Part shown: positions 12,390 to 26,667 of the stretch, piece by piece
Numbering within the stretch: the first letter of the stretch is position 1
How the letters are laid out: each line of letters opens with the position of its first letter
Source: Neodothiora populina
Lineage: Eukaryota
Length of the DNA: 64,000 bases
NCBI RefSeq assembly: GCF_041146345.1
Contig: NW_027191411.1
Coordinates: forward strand, 124,001 to 188,000
Direction of reading: 5' to 3'
Program-made: the position numbers and the translations under genes
The notes under the pieces: model-generated
Databases searched by the model: none
What the model was told of the DNA's origin: nothing
Seen by the model: the letters and a program-made list of their open reading frames with translations, nothing else

Positions 12390-15300
12390 GGTGCTGGTGA
12401 CTTCAATGGCTCTCTTTCTCCAACTTCTAGTATATAGCTCCTTCGCAGAACAGAATTCGAAACTTACTGGTTCCCAAGAAGTACTGAGCGTACTCTTTTA
12501 TTAACATATTGACCGACTACTCTTCAGCTTCAAAAATCATACCAGGCAAAGGCAAAATGCAAACGCTAAGAGAGCAAAGTAAACAATAAACTCTAGAGAG
12601 GTATTGACAATACAAATTAATGGTGGTGGTACTACCCTGGACGGATCAATACATATGCGAGGTACAAATAGAGCTGCCTGGAGTTGCGGGGGAAATGCAA
12701 GGTAAAGCAAGGTACAGTGAGAATGGAGTGTTGGCTGCTCTTGTATGAGGGTTGAGGCCCTGTAGATCCTCCATCTCCTGCGTCACCCGCGCGGGGATGA
12801 TAGCTAGATCTGGTGGAGTCAGGCAACGTTTTCAGCTCTTCATGTTGTGACCCTTTACTGCTTTAGTCAGAAGCCATGTTAGCTCGAGATAGCTACATGG
12901 TATATTCGCCCAGATGTTATCAGATCTTCTGGATACACAATTCCCAAGACGAGCGAGTTCACTTCGAGGGGTTGACCATCTCGTACCTGAAGCTATCCCA
13001 ATTCAGTACAGAGTACAGCTAGAGTTGTGACGTGCGTTTATTGTGGAGACTTCGTATATTCGATATTATATTGACAATATGCAAATCATTAATCCGATAT
13101 GCTGTTATCTGTAAAACATGCAGATTGATTAATGGTATACCTTCTTTTGGTCAATCCTACGATTGCCTCGAGGACTATTGTTCTGCGAGTCAACTTTCCC
13201 CGCGACGGCTGAGGCTGATAATTACTCCACTATGGCGGCAGAAAAGCTGAAGGACTCGATGTTTACTAATAGTGTCCTCGACTTTGCAGTATGTCAATAA
13301 TTGCTTTTTGAGCTTTCAGCTAACATGTGTGCTGCACATCCATGTAAAGAGGGCGTGTCGTACATTCTTGAGGCGGCGGACATTATGGTCTCTCCGCTCT
13401 GGTCCTAGCTGCGGCTGTAAGTTGTTCCTCGATCACTGGCCGAGTCATCAATGACCGAACAGCGAAGACGCTTTGTGGGCCTATCTCTTCCAAGGTGGAA
13501 TGAAGCAGCAAGATCGCGGAAAATCTTCTACCGTCTCTCACGGGACTGCAGAGCTAGCGTGAGACCAAACAATGGTCGAGTCACAAAGGTTCAGGTTGAA
13601 GATACTCAGTAGACAGCACAACGCGATGAAATGACATCTTCGCAGAGCTTCTGAACCTCCAATGCACAATATGGACGAAGAGACGAAATTCGCATGTACG
13701 ACGTGTCGATTGTATGTGTCAAAATCAAAATCTTCAGAGGTCACTGGTATGCATTGCAACAGATGAGCAGTCAAGTCCATCTCTCATGCCTCATAGTAAC
13801 TTATCCGTTATTGCTTTACATGTAATATGTCGTGCAGTCGCACGCCGGACGGTAAGCCTCGTCGAACCTTTCGTTGTCGTTCATCTGCAGATCTGTTATG
13901 AGCATAGAACACGTCTGGAGTCTTCGAGACTGGAACGCTTTGATCTAGTACACTGCGCTTTGCATGCCATAAGCTCATTAACAGTGATGTAACGACTCCT
14001 TTGGTGTCGTCTAACAATAGCAAGGAGAGTTTCGTGACACAATTATTCGATGACCGAGGCCTCACCAGACACGCCAGACATACAGTGTATCGAAATGGTG
14101 GTTCGAGGTTGCCACCTCCACACCTGCTTGCATGCAGTGCGCGATCAGTCTACCTTAAGGTATGCAAAGCGATTCAAGCCACCATATACAAACTAGCATG
14201 CATCGTGAGACTGTCAAGTCGGTGTGTTGGAGAAAGACTGCATACCATGCTTCGTATTCCCGATTCTTGCCCCAATCACTCAAAAGGTCGAGTGGTCTGG
14301 TCCGTTCCACACCATGTTCAGCCTCGCTTTTCGACGACGACGACGACGGCAGCAGCACGAGAATGAAGAACAAGCAAGGAACATACATCATCCTAGTCCT
14401 GTCGACTGTACTGTGCTGTACTCTACCTTTGCTTCTCAGTTGTAGGTCTAGAAAGAATAGAACCATGCAGAGATGAACTCAACCATCGAAATATGGCGAT
14501 TGTCGAGTATCGAGTAAGACGAACCTTCTTTTTCGCAGTAACTCGAGTACATCGTGATACAGGTCAACTCAACGAGTGCCGTGTCCGCGGTGTATCGTGA
14601 ATAATGACCACATCGCATGACCATCAGCATCCAAGTTCCTGGGCAAGATAGACATGTTCGTGGTCAAGGCGGCACAGCGGGTTTCGAAGGTAATCCACCC
14701 CACGGGGCGCGGGACAGAAACCTGACGCAGGACAAGGATCTTTGAGGGGTAGAGGGGGGGAACAGAAGCAGTGACACCCTGAGCAACAAAAAGTCCCCAC
14801 AACCCGTGGGGCTTAGCGACATTATCACCTCTGATTCGGCCCGATGACTCAACCCATCGTCCTACCACCGTCTTGGCTCCTTGTCTTGTCCATACCGACG
14901 ACTTTGCTTAGACGTGAGATTCCCGCGCCGAATGTTCGATCCGATTTCTGTATCGCATGCTCATTTGGCAGCTTGGCTCTGGTCCAAGAGATTTTGCTTA
15001 GGTCTTACACTGTGCGTAGGCCAAGGTGGAATACTAAGACGCTAGAAGCACACATGACTGAACACAATAATATCGTAAGGCGTGAGAGTGGTGTGGTCTT
15101 TCCATGCAGTCCTTTGTTTAAACTTTCCTTCAACTCGACAGTGACTCCACATTACGGTACCTCGTGTCGTGAACTTGCGATGGATGTCCCGCTACCCCTG
15201 TTCCTCCGCATTCTGCCAACCCGCCACACAGGATCATGAATCAACACAGGACTTGGGCAGCGAGCGTTTCGTCTTCGAAGAACATCTAGCAAAAACCGAT

Positions 15301-15914
15301 CTATTCAATAGACACAAATCATGACGAGCTTGTCTTTCTTGTGCTCAGTCCTACTTTGTCGCTTGCAAGCACTGCCACTCGCTTGGTGAGGCTACGACAA
15401 CCTTGGCAACTCCATTGCCGAGCTGCATTAGTAGCGAGACTTCCAGACTTTGAAGCCGTCTTGTCCTCTTGGTATGTACAAAAATCCCCCATATCCAATG
15501 AAATCGCAAGTCGCAAGCTATAGCAATCGGCCCGACCGGCGCATAGTTTCACATTCAGAGCCGTCGCCCCTACAAGCATTCGGCGGTACTCTCACCAACA
15601 TGATACACCGGTGATGATTGTGGCTTCTGTTGGAGAACTACCACCTCCAGCCGCCACGTGCTCAACAGATGCCATGGCTCGCGCTCCCCACACTCGTACA
15701 GAGAGATTGGTTTACATGCTTGGGTCCGTGATCGTCAGGTGTGCCATGGGGAAAGTACACTGTTTCCGGGGTACTGGGGGACAAGTATAAAAACCAGAGT
15801 GGCATCCCTCGAGTGTTGATAGATCCACAATCGTCAAGTCCTTTCCGAGTCTCATCGAGTGACCCATTAATTACTACTTCTCTTCTCCCACGGTGTGGTG
15901 ATCTTTCTTGCAAC

Positions 15915-17845
15915 ATGGGTTTTACTCTCAAGAAACCAGCCGATGAAGCTGGCGCAGCATGGCCTGCCGTGGTCATCGGCCTCTTCGTCGCATTCGGCGG
16001 TGTGTTATTTGGATATGAGTATGACTAGCCGGGCACAACCTGTCTCTCATCCCATACTGACGCAGACGATATAGTACCGGTACCATTGGTGGTATTCTAG
16101 GCATGCGCTACTGGCAGGAGCTTTTTGCAACAAATGGTCGCAGCGAGATCACTGCCAGTGAGGAATCGCTCATTGTCTCTATCCTCTCTGCTGGAACATT
16201 TTTCGGTGCTCTCTTCGCCGCGCCCCTTGCCGATGCGGTTGGAAGACGTCTTGGATTGATCCTCAGTACTGCCATTGTTTTCAACGTGGGCGTTATCCTG
16301 CAGACCGCGGCTACTGCTCAGCCGATGTTCATCGCCGGAAGATTCTTTGCCGGTCTGGGTGTTGGTCTGATCTCGGCCATGAGTAAGTGAAACAACATCG
16401 TACGGGAGAAAGACATTGGCTGACTCGGGATAGTTCCTCTCTACCAATCCGAGACCGCCCCCAAGTGGATTCGTGGTACCATTGTCGGTACTTACCAACT
16501 GGCCATCACAATTGGCCTACTGCTCGCCGCTATCGTCAACAATTCGACAAAACACCGCGAAGATACTGGATCCTACCGTATCCCTATCGCTGTCCAGTTC
16601 GCCTGGGCTATCATCATCGTTGTCGGCATGCTCTTCCTGCCAGAAACGCCTCGCTTCCTCATCAAGAAAGACAAGCACGACAAAGCAGTCGTCGCCCTTG
16701 CCAGAATCCGCCGTCTCGACCCTACAGACCCCGCGATTTCCGAGGAATTGGCCGAAATCGAAGCCAACTACCGCTACGAGCTGAGCGTCACCGAGAAGTC
16801 CATGTTTTCCATGTTCAGAGGCACTGTAGGCAAGAGATTAGCCACCGGATGCGCAATTCAGGCTCTGCAACAGCTCACCGGAGTTAACTTCATTTTCTAC
16901 TACGGGACAGCGTACTTCCAACGATCTGGATTCGAGAACGAGTTCATTATCCAGATCATAACCAACTGCGTTAATGTGGTGTCGACATTTCCTGGTTTGT
17001 ATCTGGTTGAGAAGATGGGGCGTCGTAACCTACTTCTCATGGGAGCGGTCGGCATGTGTGTATGCGAGGTAAGATTTGCGCTGGACCCTGTCAAGGCGGA
17101 TGTTCGACTGACAACGTGGGGTACAGTTTATCGTGGCCATCACAGGTACCGTTGCAGGCACCACTGACCTGGCAGCGCAGAACGCGGCCATCGCGTTTGT
17201 GTGCATCTACATCTTCTTCTTTGCCAGTACTTGGGGCCGTAAGTCTGAAACATGAAAATGTGGAGAAGTACATGTGTGCTGACGTGAAGACAGCGACCGC
17301 GTGGGTGGTAACTGGTGAACTGTTCCCGCTCAGTGTCAGAGCCAAGTGTCTGTCCATGACCACAGCAACGTAAGTGTATCTGAAGATTGCCAGTCCGGGG
17401 TACGGGAGTTGACATAATCCAAACAGTAACTGGCTCCTCAACTTCGCCATCGCTTACGCAACACCATATCTCGTCGACGAGGAGAACGCGAACCTCCAGT
17501 CCAAGGTGTTCTTCATCTGGGGTAGTTTCTGCGCCGTGTGCGCCGTCTTCGTCTGGTTCTGCATCTACGAGACCAAGGGACTGTCGCTGGAACAAGGTGG
17601 GTCAAAGCAACCTAGATGGAGATGTGCCGACTGGTCCGTGCAAGCAGCTAACGATTTCGACAGTCGACGAACTTTACGGCATGGTGAGCAAGGCATGGGA
17701 GAGCAAGAAGTTCCGCCCGGCTCTCAGCTTCCAAGACGTCGAGGATGTGGACAAGGGCAGGAAGATGAGCCTGACCGAGGCCTCGGACGCAGTGGGCAGG
17801 AAGAAGAGCATCACGCACGTCGAGGTGGGTTCGGAGAAGGTTTAG
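15915..17845 (+). CDS. Sugar porter (MFS) hexose transporter, Rco-3/MstA-like; introns 16019-16074, 16383-16433, 17069-17126, 17239-17293, 17370-17426, 17597-17663
   Basis: Motifs GGVLFGYDTG, DAVGRR, GRFFAGLGVG, PLYQSE, PETPRFL, QQLTGVNFIFYYG, YETKGLSLEQVDE. All six introns give in-frame joins. Confidence 0.92.
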
Positions 17846-19466
17846 CGAAGATTGGCGGCAGCTGCACGAGGGTCAAAAGTGGGCAACTCGGTCATGTCTG
17901 CGCTACCTTGACGCCGTCGTGCGGGTTATGTGTACATATGGTAACGACGTTAGATAATGCATGCATCTTTTTCTGCTCTTCGATCAATCCTTGCTGCTGC
18001 TACTGTGAAATCGTTGTGCCACGAGGTAACGGGTGAAGCCGCCATACGACCTGGTAACCTACAGTAGACGACGTGACACCTGCATTATAGGCGCCATCAC
18101 GTGAGGGCGATTCGAGAGGTATATGTCATGTACAACAGGAAGAGAGTTCTTGATCGCCGCGGTCAATCATACCTTAGGTAGGCTACTTGTTTTTTTGTGG
18201 CAGGTGTATGCACACACAGGGCTGCCATGATCCGGAAGGTCCGGAAGTGTGAAAGGGTGAAACCAAGGCACGACGAGATTCAGGTCAGGGTACGAAGATT
18301 GCGGGCGCATCGCTCATCACACACATGACAAGACCGACCACTGATACAAGCAAGCAAGCAAGCGAGCAAGCTTGCAGACAAATCGATAAAAGGTCCGAGG
18401 GGGGAGAAGGAGCATGTCATGTTGCATTAGGGTTGTGGCTGCAAGCAAGCGCGGGAAGAGTGCTAGAACAGATAGCGGGACCGCCTTGCCCTTGGCGCGG
18501 ATCTGGGTTTGGGAAAAACGACGAGTGCGCATTAAAATGAAGATCATCCGCTTTCGGGGTAAGGGTGGGTAAGGGAGATTTGAGATGATGAACGACAGTA
18601 GGGCAGATTATTTTGTTCGGTTTGGGAATTGGAATCATCAAAAAGCCGCGACTAGAGGACGGAGTTATAGAGACAGAGTTCGGAGTATAGGGGAGGTCTG
18701 CTTGCGCGATTGGAGATTTTGAGGCCATGGCAATTGGAAGAGCTATATCGTTTGTCTTTCGAGGAAGAGATGATGTGACGATGATTGAACAACTAAAAGA
18801 GAATGAGTTTGCAGGCAGTGAGACATGCTAGTTTGAGTGCTGACCGAATTAATGGAATTTTAGTGTGAGAGTCAAGCCACTCCACAAGGTTTATGTGATG
18901 CATCAAGGTGGAATGGAAGGAAGGGATTTGTGTGTGGTGTTTGACATCATCACCCGAAATAATGGGAGTTTGAGGAGCAGCACGTACGTCACATCCGTGC
19001 GCAGCGAGAAGTTAAGGTCGACGGGGAGCTGTCGACAGTAGGAGTGTGTGCTCGCAGATTGGCTTAAGTTGGGAGGGAGGTCCACCATAAAAATCAGAGA
19101 AGAGGAATGAATAGATTGACTTCTTCTTATCGTCATTGTCGTGGTTCTTAGTCTCGACTTTCGAGGGGATTGACTATTACCTGACTATACCTACCAACCT
19201 GAGGGATTCATCTTCGACATCAACATTTGCACAAGACGCCTCCGGTTACGCATTTCCCCGGATCCAAGCTCTTGTCCGTGAGTCTGTGAGATCCAGCTAC
19301 AAGGAATCTAACTATTAAAGGGTAAGCAAAGTGGCTCAGCCGTGTAGTGTAGCGCAGCGCATTATTGCAGCGCATTGTAGTGCAGTGCAGTGGCACTCGG
19401 AGCAATATATGGTGTGGATATGTGTGTGCTGCGCGCTGTGTAGCAACCCAACCCAGCCCAACCTGT

Positions 19467-19467
<1 letters not shown>

Positions 19468-19496
<29 letters not shown>
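19468..19496 (+). repeat. (GCCT)n tetranucleotide microsatellite
   Basis: Tandem gcct run upstream of the Slm1-like gene. Confidence 0.85.
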
Positions 19497-19498
<2 letters not shown>

Positions 19499-19884
19499 AC
19501 CCAACAGACCGGTGTCAAAACCCGGTCTTTGAACGTTTCATTTCACTAACAGATAACAGTCGTCATTGCAGCAGCAGTTGACTTACAGTCACAAGTCTCA
19601 ACATCACAGCAGCAACGGAGCCGTATTCATCCTAACTTTTACCTTTTTACCTCCTGGCGTAACGGCGACATTTCCCCTCCTTTCTATCATCATTCCTGTT
19701 GGTTCTTCTACCTGTTAGCTCTGTCAGACTCTAGCCCATCATTGTCGCCATCTCCTAAATTCAGCCTTGCAACCCATCTATTCCCAATAGACGGCTAGGA
19801 TAAATTTATTGTTTCCTGGAATCGCATTGCGATTAGCTGACAAAGAGCGCGCGCCTTCGATCCACACACAGCACAAACACAAAG

Positions 19885-22800
19885 ATGACATCACGAACCG
19901 AGACGCCATCGAATGCCATGTACGGTTCAGTACCCGCGCCTGGACAATCCTACACCGACCAGGGATACGGTTTTTCCGAATCATCAACAGCGCGACCCAA
20001 CGGAGCCTACGGTGGTGGTCATAATGCAACGACTGGAATCGCCGATTTCGCCACGGGCACGCCGAGCGCGCAAATGTCGTCGCGACTGGTCGCTGCCTCC
20101 AACGATCCTCCCGGCTCAGTTATCGTCAAAGACCACTCGAACCCCATGCCAATGCCACCTGCTGCCGCTGCCGACAGTGGGCTCATGCGGTCCACCTCGA
20201 GCGCATCCACTGCATACAACCGTGACTCGGCGACGCCCTCGAGAAGTGGCACGCTGAAGAAGAAGGCGAGCGTCAGTCGCACTCGCAGCCTCAGGCGCAG
20301 CAACAGCAGGAAGAGCATGACCGCCGGCAGCATCAAGGGTGTTGGTTTCGCAGGCGACGGCGCCACTTCAGACGGCGAAGACTACAACAGCGCATTGTAT
20401 ACCCCGATTCCCACCAGTGGCAGTCCTACCGAGATCCTCGCCGATCGCTTCCAAGGTGAGTTCCTGACACTCTGTCGTCTTTTCTTGATTTGCTAACATC
20501 GAAAACAGCATGGCGCACTCTTCTCAAGTCCCTCATCACCTACTTCCGCGAAGTCCAATCATCCTACGACCATCGCAGCAAGGCGCTCATGAAGGTGTCC
20601 AATGTCATCCAGAACATGCAGACGCCCAGCGCATTCATGACGACGGGCGGGCTCGCAGACGCCACTCGCGTCCTCGCCGACTACCACAGACATGCCGTCA
20701 CCGAGTCCACCAAGAGCAAGGATATCGAGACAGACGTCATCCAGGCCCTGAGCGGACTGCGCAGTGACTTGTCTCAGAAGATCAAGGAGATCAAGAGCCT
20801 GCACGGCGACTTCAAGAACACGGTCGAGAAGGAGAAAGACGGCACCAAGAAGGCCATCTCTGCCTTTGCCGAGGCTCTGCACGATGCCGACCACAGCGAC
20901 GCCAGCAAAGCCGATCCCTTCCTCGTCAAGCTCGGTGTCGATCGGTCCATTGAGAGACAGATTGACGAGGAGAACTATCTCCATCGCGTGAGTCTTTTTT
21001 TGTTTTTCGCTGTCATCCGAACGTGACGACTAATTACTGATCAGGCATATCTCAACCTCGAGACATCCGGTCGCGAGCTCGAGGCCATTGTCGTCGGCGA
21101 GATCCAAAAGGCCTACAATGCCATTGCCGGCATTCTCAAGCGCGAGGGCGACGACGCCTACAATGCGGTCGAGCAGCTGCGCACCGGGCCCATTGCCATG
21201 CCCAAAGACATGGAGTGGCTCAAGTTTGTGGAGAACGACCCGCGATTCGTCAACCCACGTCTTCCTCTACGCAGCATAGAAGACATCACTTATCCCGGCA
21301 AGGGCAGCCCTCAAGCCGCCGAGATCAGAGCTGGCATGCTCGAGAGAAAGAGCAAGTACCTCAAGAGTTATACCCCCGGATGGTATGTCTTATCGCCCAC
21401 CCATCTCCACGAGTTCAAGTCTGCCGACAAGATCTACTCTCAGCCGCCCGTCATGTCTCTCTATCTCCCGGATCAGAGACTCGGATCGCACTCGACCCCG
21501 GACTCTGCCTCGCACAAGTTCATGCTCAAGGGCCGTCAGAGCGGTTCCATGCACCGCGGCCACTCTTGGGTCTTCCGTGCCGAGTCGTACGACACGATGC
21601 TCGCTTGGTACGAGGCCATCAAGATCCTGACGGAGAAGTCGCCCGAGGAACGCAACGCCTTTGTGCGCGAACATGCGAGAAGCCTCTCTGGTGGCAACAA
21701 CATCAGGCCGTCCAGCATCAGCAGTGATGGCCTCGAGGAGGACGAGGCAGACCGCGTCCCCTATTCTGCCGCCAGCAGTGTCGTGAACCAGCCTGTCGGA
21801 GAGACCAAGCCGGTGCGGCCTCTTCCAGGTGAGTACGTGCGCCCTATTTTCCCTTATTGACACCATCTCTTTTCTTTTGCATTCTGGCGTCAAGTTCATT
21901 CGTCGTCTGACTTTTGTTACGCAGGCGGTAGATTTCCCTCGGACTTGAATGTCAACCACGAGCGTGATGCGAGCTCGCCGTCTTCAGAGTCCGAGCCGGA
22001 CCGTGACACTATTGCGGCTGCGGGTGTTCTGCCGGGTGGCGGTCTTCCCTTTCCCGGGTCCAATCTCCAAAACCAAGACCGACAGCTCTACGAGACCGAC
22101 CCGTACCGCTTAGAGGGCATTGCCACCAATGTCACTGCCACTCCTACTCCCGCTCAGCAGCAGTTCGAGAGCAACCCCGAGAGTCGTTTCAACGCCCAGC
22201 CTGTACAGAACAGTGCTTATCCTACCTTTGGGGCTCCTCAGCAGCAACCAATCCAGACGCAGACTTACACCATGCCAGTGACTGAACAGCCACCGCTCGC
22301 GCAGGCTCAGCGACAACCGGAGTTGGGCTCGCTTGATGGTCAACACCATGTGCCGTACAGACAAAACACCAACTACGGCGAATGGCTTGCGCCAGTCGCT
22401 GCCGGTGCAGGCGCTGGTACTCTGGGTGCGGTAGCCTACAACCATCACGAGCAGAACAAGGAGCAGCAGCCGTATGAGCAGCAGCAGCAGCAGCAGCCCC
22501 TCGCCCAACAGCCTCTCGCCCAAGACAACGACCGTGCTTTGTATCATGAGCCGGTCAGCACGACTCCCATCGTCACCGCAGTCAACGCCGGCCCTACTAC
22601 CACTATGCCAGCCGCCACCGCTGGCGCCTATACCACCAACTCTGGTGTGTCTGGCGTTACCAACGACGTGTCGTCGTCGCCGTCTTCCCCTCAAGTTTAC
22701 TCATCGTCTGATGCACAACTGGGAGGTCTCGAGCGCGATGGCGCACACGGTACTGGCAACATCTTCCCCGCAGTCATCAGACACGATACAGACATGTCCG

Positions 22801-22889
22801 TCTCCCAGCTTCACATCCCTGGCGAGTTTCCCGCCAAGCGTACCACTGCATCAGCAGCCCCAAGTCGGTGGGATCTGGTAAGAGAGTAG
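19885..22889 (+). CDS. SLM1: BAR + PH domain protein, Slm1/Slm2-like PI(4,5)P2-binding protein; introns 20456-20508, 20988-21044, 21829-21924
   Basis: PTEILADRFQAWR start of the helical domain; DPFLVKL..RQIDEENYLH; PH domain GMLERKSKYLKSYTPGWYVLSPTHLHEFKS...WVFRAESYDTMLAWY. Introns are canonical and in frame. Confidence 0.85.
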
Positions 22890-24578
22890 GACACTCATGC
22901 CGATCCTCCTTCTCTGCGACAACAGCAGTCGCGTCACCAGTCTGTGCCGACGTCGAGAGCAGACTTTGCGTCTACGTTCGTGCGGAACTACATTCGCGTC
23001 GAAGAAGACTTGGAGAGACGCACTCCGCACAGCCTTGCTGTCATGGAGGCTGTGACGCCGAAGAAGAGCAAGAAGTGACTTCAGTAAGAAGGGAGGAAAG
23101 AGTCGCAGCAGGTGACGATGATGACGACGGTATAATTTGTGGAAACTACTGGATGTTGATACACGACAAGTCTATTTGTTTCTTGTTTCTTGTTTCTGTT
23201 TTTGCGTAATTGCTCTCCCTGCTTTGCCTTCCGTCCGGACCTTGCACCTTTTGGTCTCTGAACCGCTCAAATCGATCGACCTAGTGGCTGAATCACTGGC
23301 ATTCCTCAGCTTTGTGGCTGCTTTGGCCTAGGAAGAAAGAAGTCAAGGTCCCGTCGATTAGCTGTTTCTGTTCCGAGTCCTGCTTTGCCTGCATTTCGAA
23401 TGTTTGTTTTGCTCATCTGCAGATGCTATGTTATTGATATCCTGCCCGTGCTATTTCTTCTCCTTTCTTTTCCTTGTGATATACCTATGGAAACGAAGAA
23501 ATGAAAACATATATGCCTCTGTTCTATTTTTCATCTCTTTGCGCTCTTGCTTGCTTGTCTAGGTATGGCCTTATTCTGTGCTATGCATCCAGGCATTCAA
23601 ATCATCACACGCGGCCCGATTCACACAGCACGCCATCCAATCCATATCGCTCAAGACACAGTCAGTCCAGTCTAACCCACTCCACACTCCCACCTGATTC
23701 CCTCCTATCAAATCCCTTTCAAGTCTAATCACAGCCCACCAACCATTTCTCTCCACCTTTCCAAAAAGAAGAGCGCACAAGCAGAGAGAACAAGAAGAGA
23801 TAGATAGGCGTCTAGACAAGGACCACAATGAATTGCACCATCCGTGAATCGAACACGGGGCTGGTCGAACTTGCTGCTGCTGAAAAGCGCTGGCAACGAC
23901 CAAGTTTACCACTAACCCAATGGTGCATGGACTTGTTTGCACTACTGCTTGATCAGGTCTTATCGTTGGGTTGGTTGTGTAATGGCTGTGGATGGCGGCT
24001 GCGGAAGGGCGTGGGTGGTTGATGTATCTTCATCCCCGTTTTTTCTTTTCTTTTCTGTTATTGCGCTCTGGTGAGATGGAATATCGTCAACAGAGCTTGC
24101 GTGGGCTTGTACATTGTGATCTCTACCATGAAGAAACAATAAGGTACGGGTCAGATTCGTACTCCCATGGCGATGGACGATTGAAGGTAGATCTTGTGCC
24201 CTGTTACACTTTTACGCATACCGCGTGTTGCATGAACAATAATCAAAATCGCAACGCATAGATAGATAACAACCAAGGAATTATGAACAAGAATGGAATC
24301 TAGAGTCTGATACTAATGTCATCTGTATATGTAATGCGTACTTCCAATGTATCCTTTGGGTAATGTTCCCTTCAAGACCAAAAAAAAGAGACCAGCAGTC
24401 CAGGGTCGCCCTCCCTACCGTTTCACTTCACCTAACAAAAGTCAAAGCCCAGCCTCGAGTCCATATCCAAGCACAGACGTCACCCCACATTTCCCCTCAA
24501 GAAAATGAGAGAAAAGTTTCTACATTGCGAACATTTTCACTACCACATAAGATGACGAGAAAACCAAAAAAGAAACTG

Positions 24579-24668
24579 GGCTCCAACCGCGATTCGAACG
24601 CGGGACCTCACGCAATTGAACTCAGGGTGTAGCCCTAAGCGTGAATCATACCCCTAGACCATCGGAGC
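24579..24668 (-). tRNA. tRNA-Pro(AGG) with 18-nt intron (24615-24632)
   Basis: Minus strand reads GCTCCGA TGGTCTAGGGGTATGAT TCACGC TT AGG G [intron] T GCGTG AGGTC CCGCG TTCGAAT CGCGG TTGGAGC C. Stems pair, A and B boxes are present, a poly-T terminator follows and TATATATA lies ~33 nt upstream. Confidence 0.95.
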
Positions 24669-24868
24669 TTTGTTTGATGGTTGCTGGTGAGGTTAGTTGG
24701 TATATATAGATATGTAGCATAAGTTCTAGGTCGCGTTGAGGTCTGCTCGATCCCACCCCTACTCCTCAGTAATAGCAGAACTATCCTCTCCGATCTGTGT
24801 CGTGTATGGCCCTGTAGAAAGCCATCTACATCTCATCACTGCTGCTGTAGTCCATGCACTGTTGCTTT

Positions 24869-26182
24869 TCATAGACTATCCTCTTCATTACCCAGTCTTC
24901 TGTGTAATTGGATGCCCAGCGTCTTGCTGATCTTGATATACTCAGGCAAGGCCCAGTCTACCATCCACTCCGACTCAAGTATCCGTTCCGGTGAAGGTCT
25001 ATCCTCGGGCTTGAATGCGAGCATCGAACGTAGCAAGGTGAAGATAACGTCCCTTTCCTTGGACACAAGCAATGGCACTCCGCGATTTTCCTAGGCCGCT
25101 GCACGCTGTCCTCAAATCGGTCCCCCAGTGTTCGGAGACAACTGCGACTCAGCGGTGTACCACTCTCGGTAAATCTGTCTCATCGCGCTTCCCATGTCTG
25201 CCACCACTCCAAAGGCAAAACGCCAAGAGCATCGACATGTTCGCAAGTCATGTCATCTTCCGTCGCGAGAAAGCCCTCGGACAAGGGTCGTTCAGCGAGG
25301 ATACTCCAGATGGTACAAGCGAGCGACCAGATGTCTGCTGAGAAAGACAGAGACTTTGTCGGTTCGAATCTAGCTTCTGGAGGGCGAATCACGAGAGGAG
25401 CGTGAGATTCGAATCTTGTTTCTTGCGAGGGCCGAAAGGCTTCGCCAAAGTCGGCGACGAATGCTCTGGCTTCTGTGAGTGTCATCTCCTCACTCGCTTT
25501 CCCTAGCCATATAGGTACGATCGCCCGGCGTGGCACACCAGGAGGCAGCGGCTGGCCATTTAAAGGGACAACCGGGTCCACTCCGGTTCCCCAAACTCCT
25601 GATATAATTTTGCTACAGAAAGTTGATCGAAGTTTGGCGGCATTCTGAGAAGAATATTGCCTAGGTGGAGATCTCCATGGACCACTCCCTGAGAGTGTAT
25701 TGATTTGATGGCCATCACGAGCTGCGCGGCCAATGCCCTGGCAACGTCGAGGTGTAACAATCGGAACCACGAAGCGTCTTTTGCGTCAGAGAGACAACAC
25801 CTTGCAGGAGTAGTAGCATAACATAGATGACTACCTTTAGACCTTCGATGGTGAATCTATCTAGCACCAAAGGAAACACCGGTTCAGTCTGGCTTTCGAC
25901 GCAAGAGATATTTAGCGACGACAGAATCTCGATTTCTTTCGAGTCGGAATCGGACGTGCAGATCTTAGTTGCAACGTAGACTTTCGCATGCTCGTCGTAT
26001 GCTAGCCACGTCGTAGAATAGGAACCATGACCGAGCTTGTGGACCACGTCGTACTGACCATTTAGTTTTTCACTAATCTCTATCGGATGATAACCTCCTA
26101 TTTGATAGCGTTCGAGCCTCTCGATACCTTCGAGAGGTCCATACATATGATGAGTTGCAGACCTTGTGTTCTTCGCGTCCAT
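24869..26182 (-). pseudogene. Intronless SRPK/Dsk1-like (CMGC) protein kinase pseudogene
   Basis: Kinase motifs YQIGGYHP, KLGHGSYSTTWLA, HGDLHLGN, ADFGEAF, RPPEARF, ADIWSLAC, FKPEDRPS are split across frames. Frameshifts near 25838, 25580 and 25085; in-frame TGA at 25180-25182. Confidence 0.85.
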
Positions 26183-26548
26183 GTGAAACGCATGAGCAAA
26201 TGAGACAAAATCAAGTCTATTGTGGTAAAGCAGTACATTCTCAGCCTTACTGAGCACGTTGTTGGGAAGAGACGAGTACCGAGCTTGACGAAACATTCGA
26301 GAAAGACCTGTCATGGGTAACTTCACGGTCATGTCATGTAAAGTGTTCCAGTAGTACGAGTATCACAAGCGCGGCAGGGCACTCATCCTTGCTTGTCTAT
26401 ATGCAAGGATCATGTATGAGAGACACTTTCAACAGCGCGGTTCCTGCTGATCCTGTGCGAAAGGCGAGCTGCCAGGAGTATGTCGACAATGGCGATATGA
26501 CATGTTGAGAGTAACGAGGAAGTGACGAGAGTTGACGAAAACATAAAA

Positions 26549-26667
26549 ACGTACAACAGCAGGGATTCCCACGTGGTCACCCACCGTAGTACTAATCTGC
26601 CGGTCAACTGCTTATGTCTGGCAGAGCGGACGGGATGCCCAGTTTTCAGCTGCCTGTGGTCGTACGT
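26549..26667 (-). rRNA. Dispersed 5S rRNA gene
   Basis: 119 nt: ACGTACGACCACAGG...CATCCCGTCCGCTCTGCC...TTAGTACTACGGTGGGTGACCACGTGGGAATCCCTGCTGTTGTACGT. Termini are complementary, followed by TTTT; TATA-like box ~25-30 nt upstream. Typical Pezizomycotina 5S. Confidence 0.95.

Noticed and set aside
12400..15900. 3.5-kb region with many short ORFs and a GaaR-like CCTCCAA at ~13656
   Set aside because: No coding signature, and a long promoter is normal for a hexose transporter. A single 7-mer ~1.3 kb from the GH28 start is not significant.
24869..26332. Interpreting the kinase frame changes as introns or programmed frameshifts
   Set aside because: Kinase motifs are contiguous across each break with about one base missing, leaving no room for introns, and there is also an in-frame stop.
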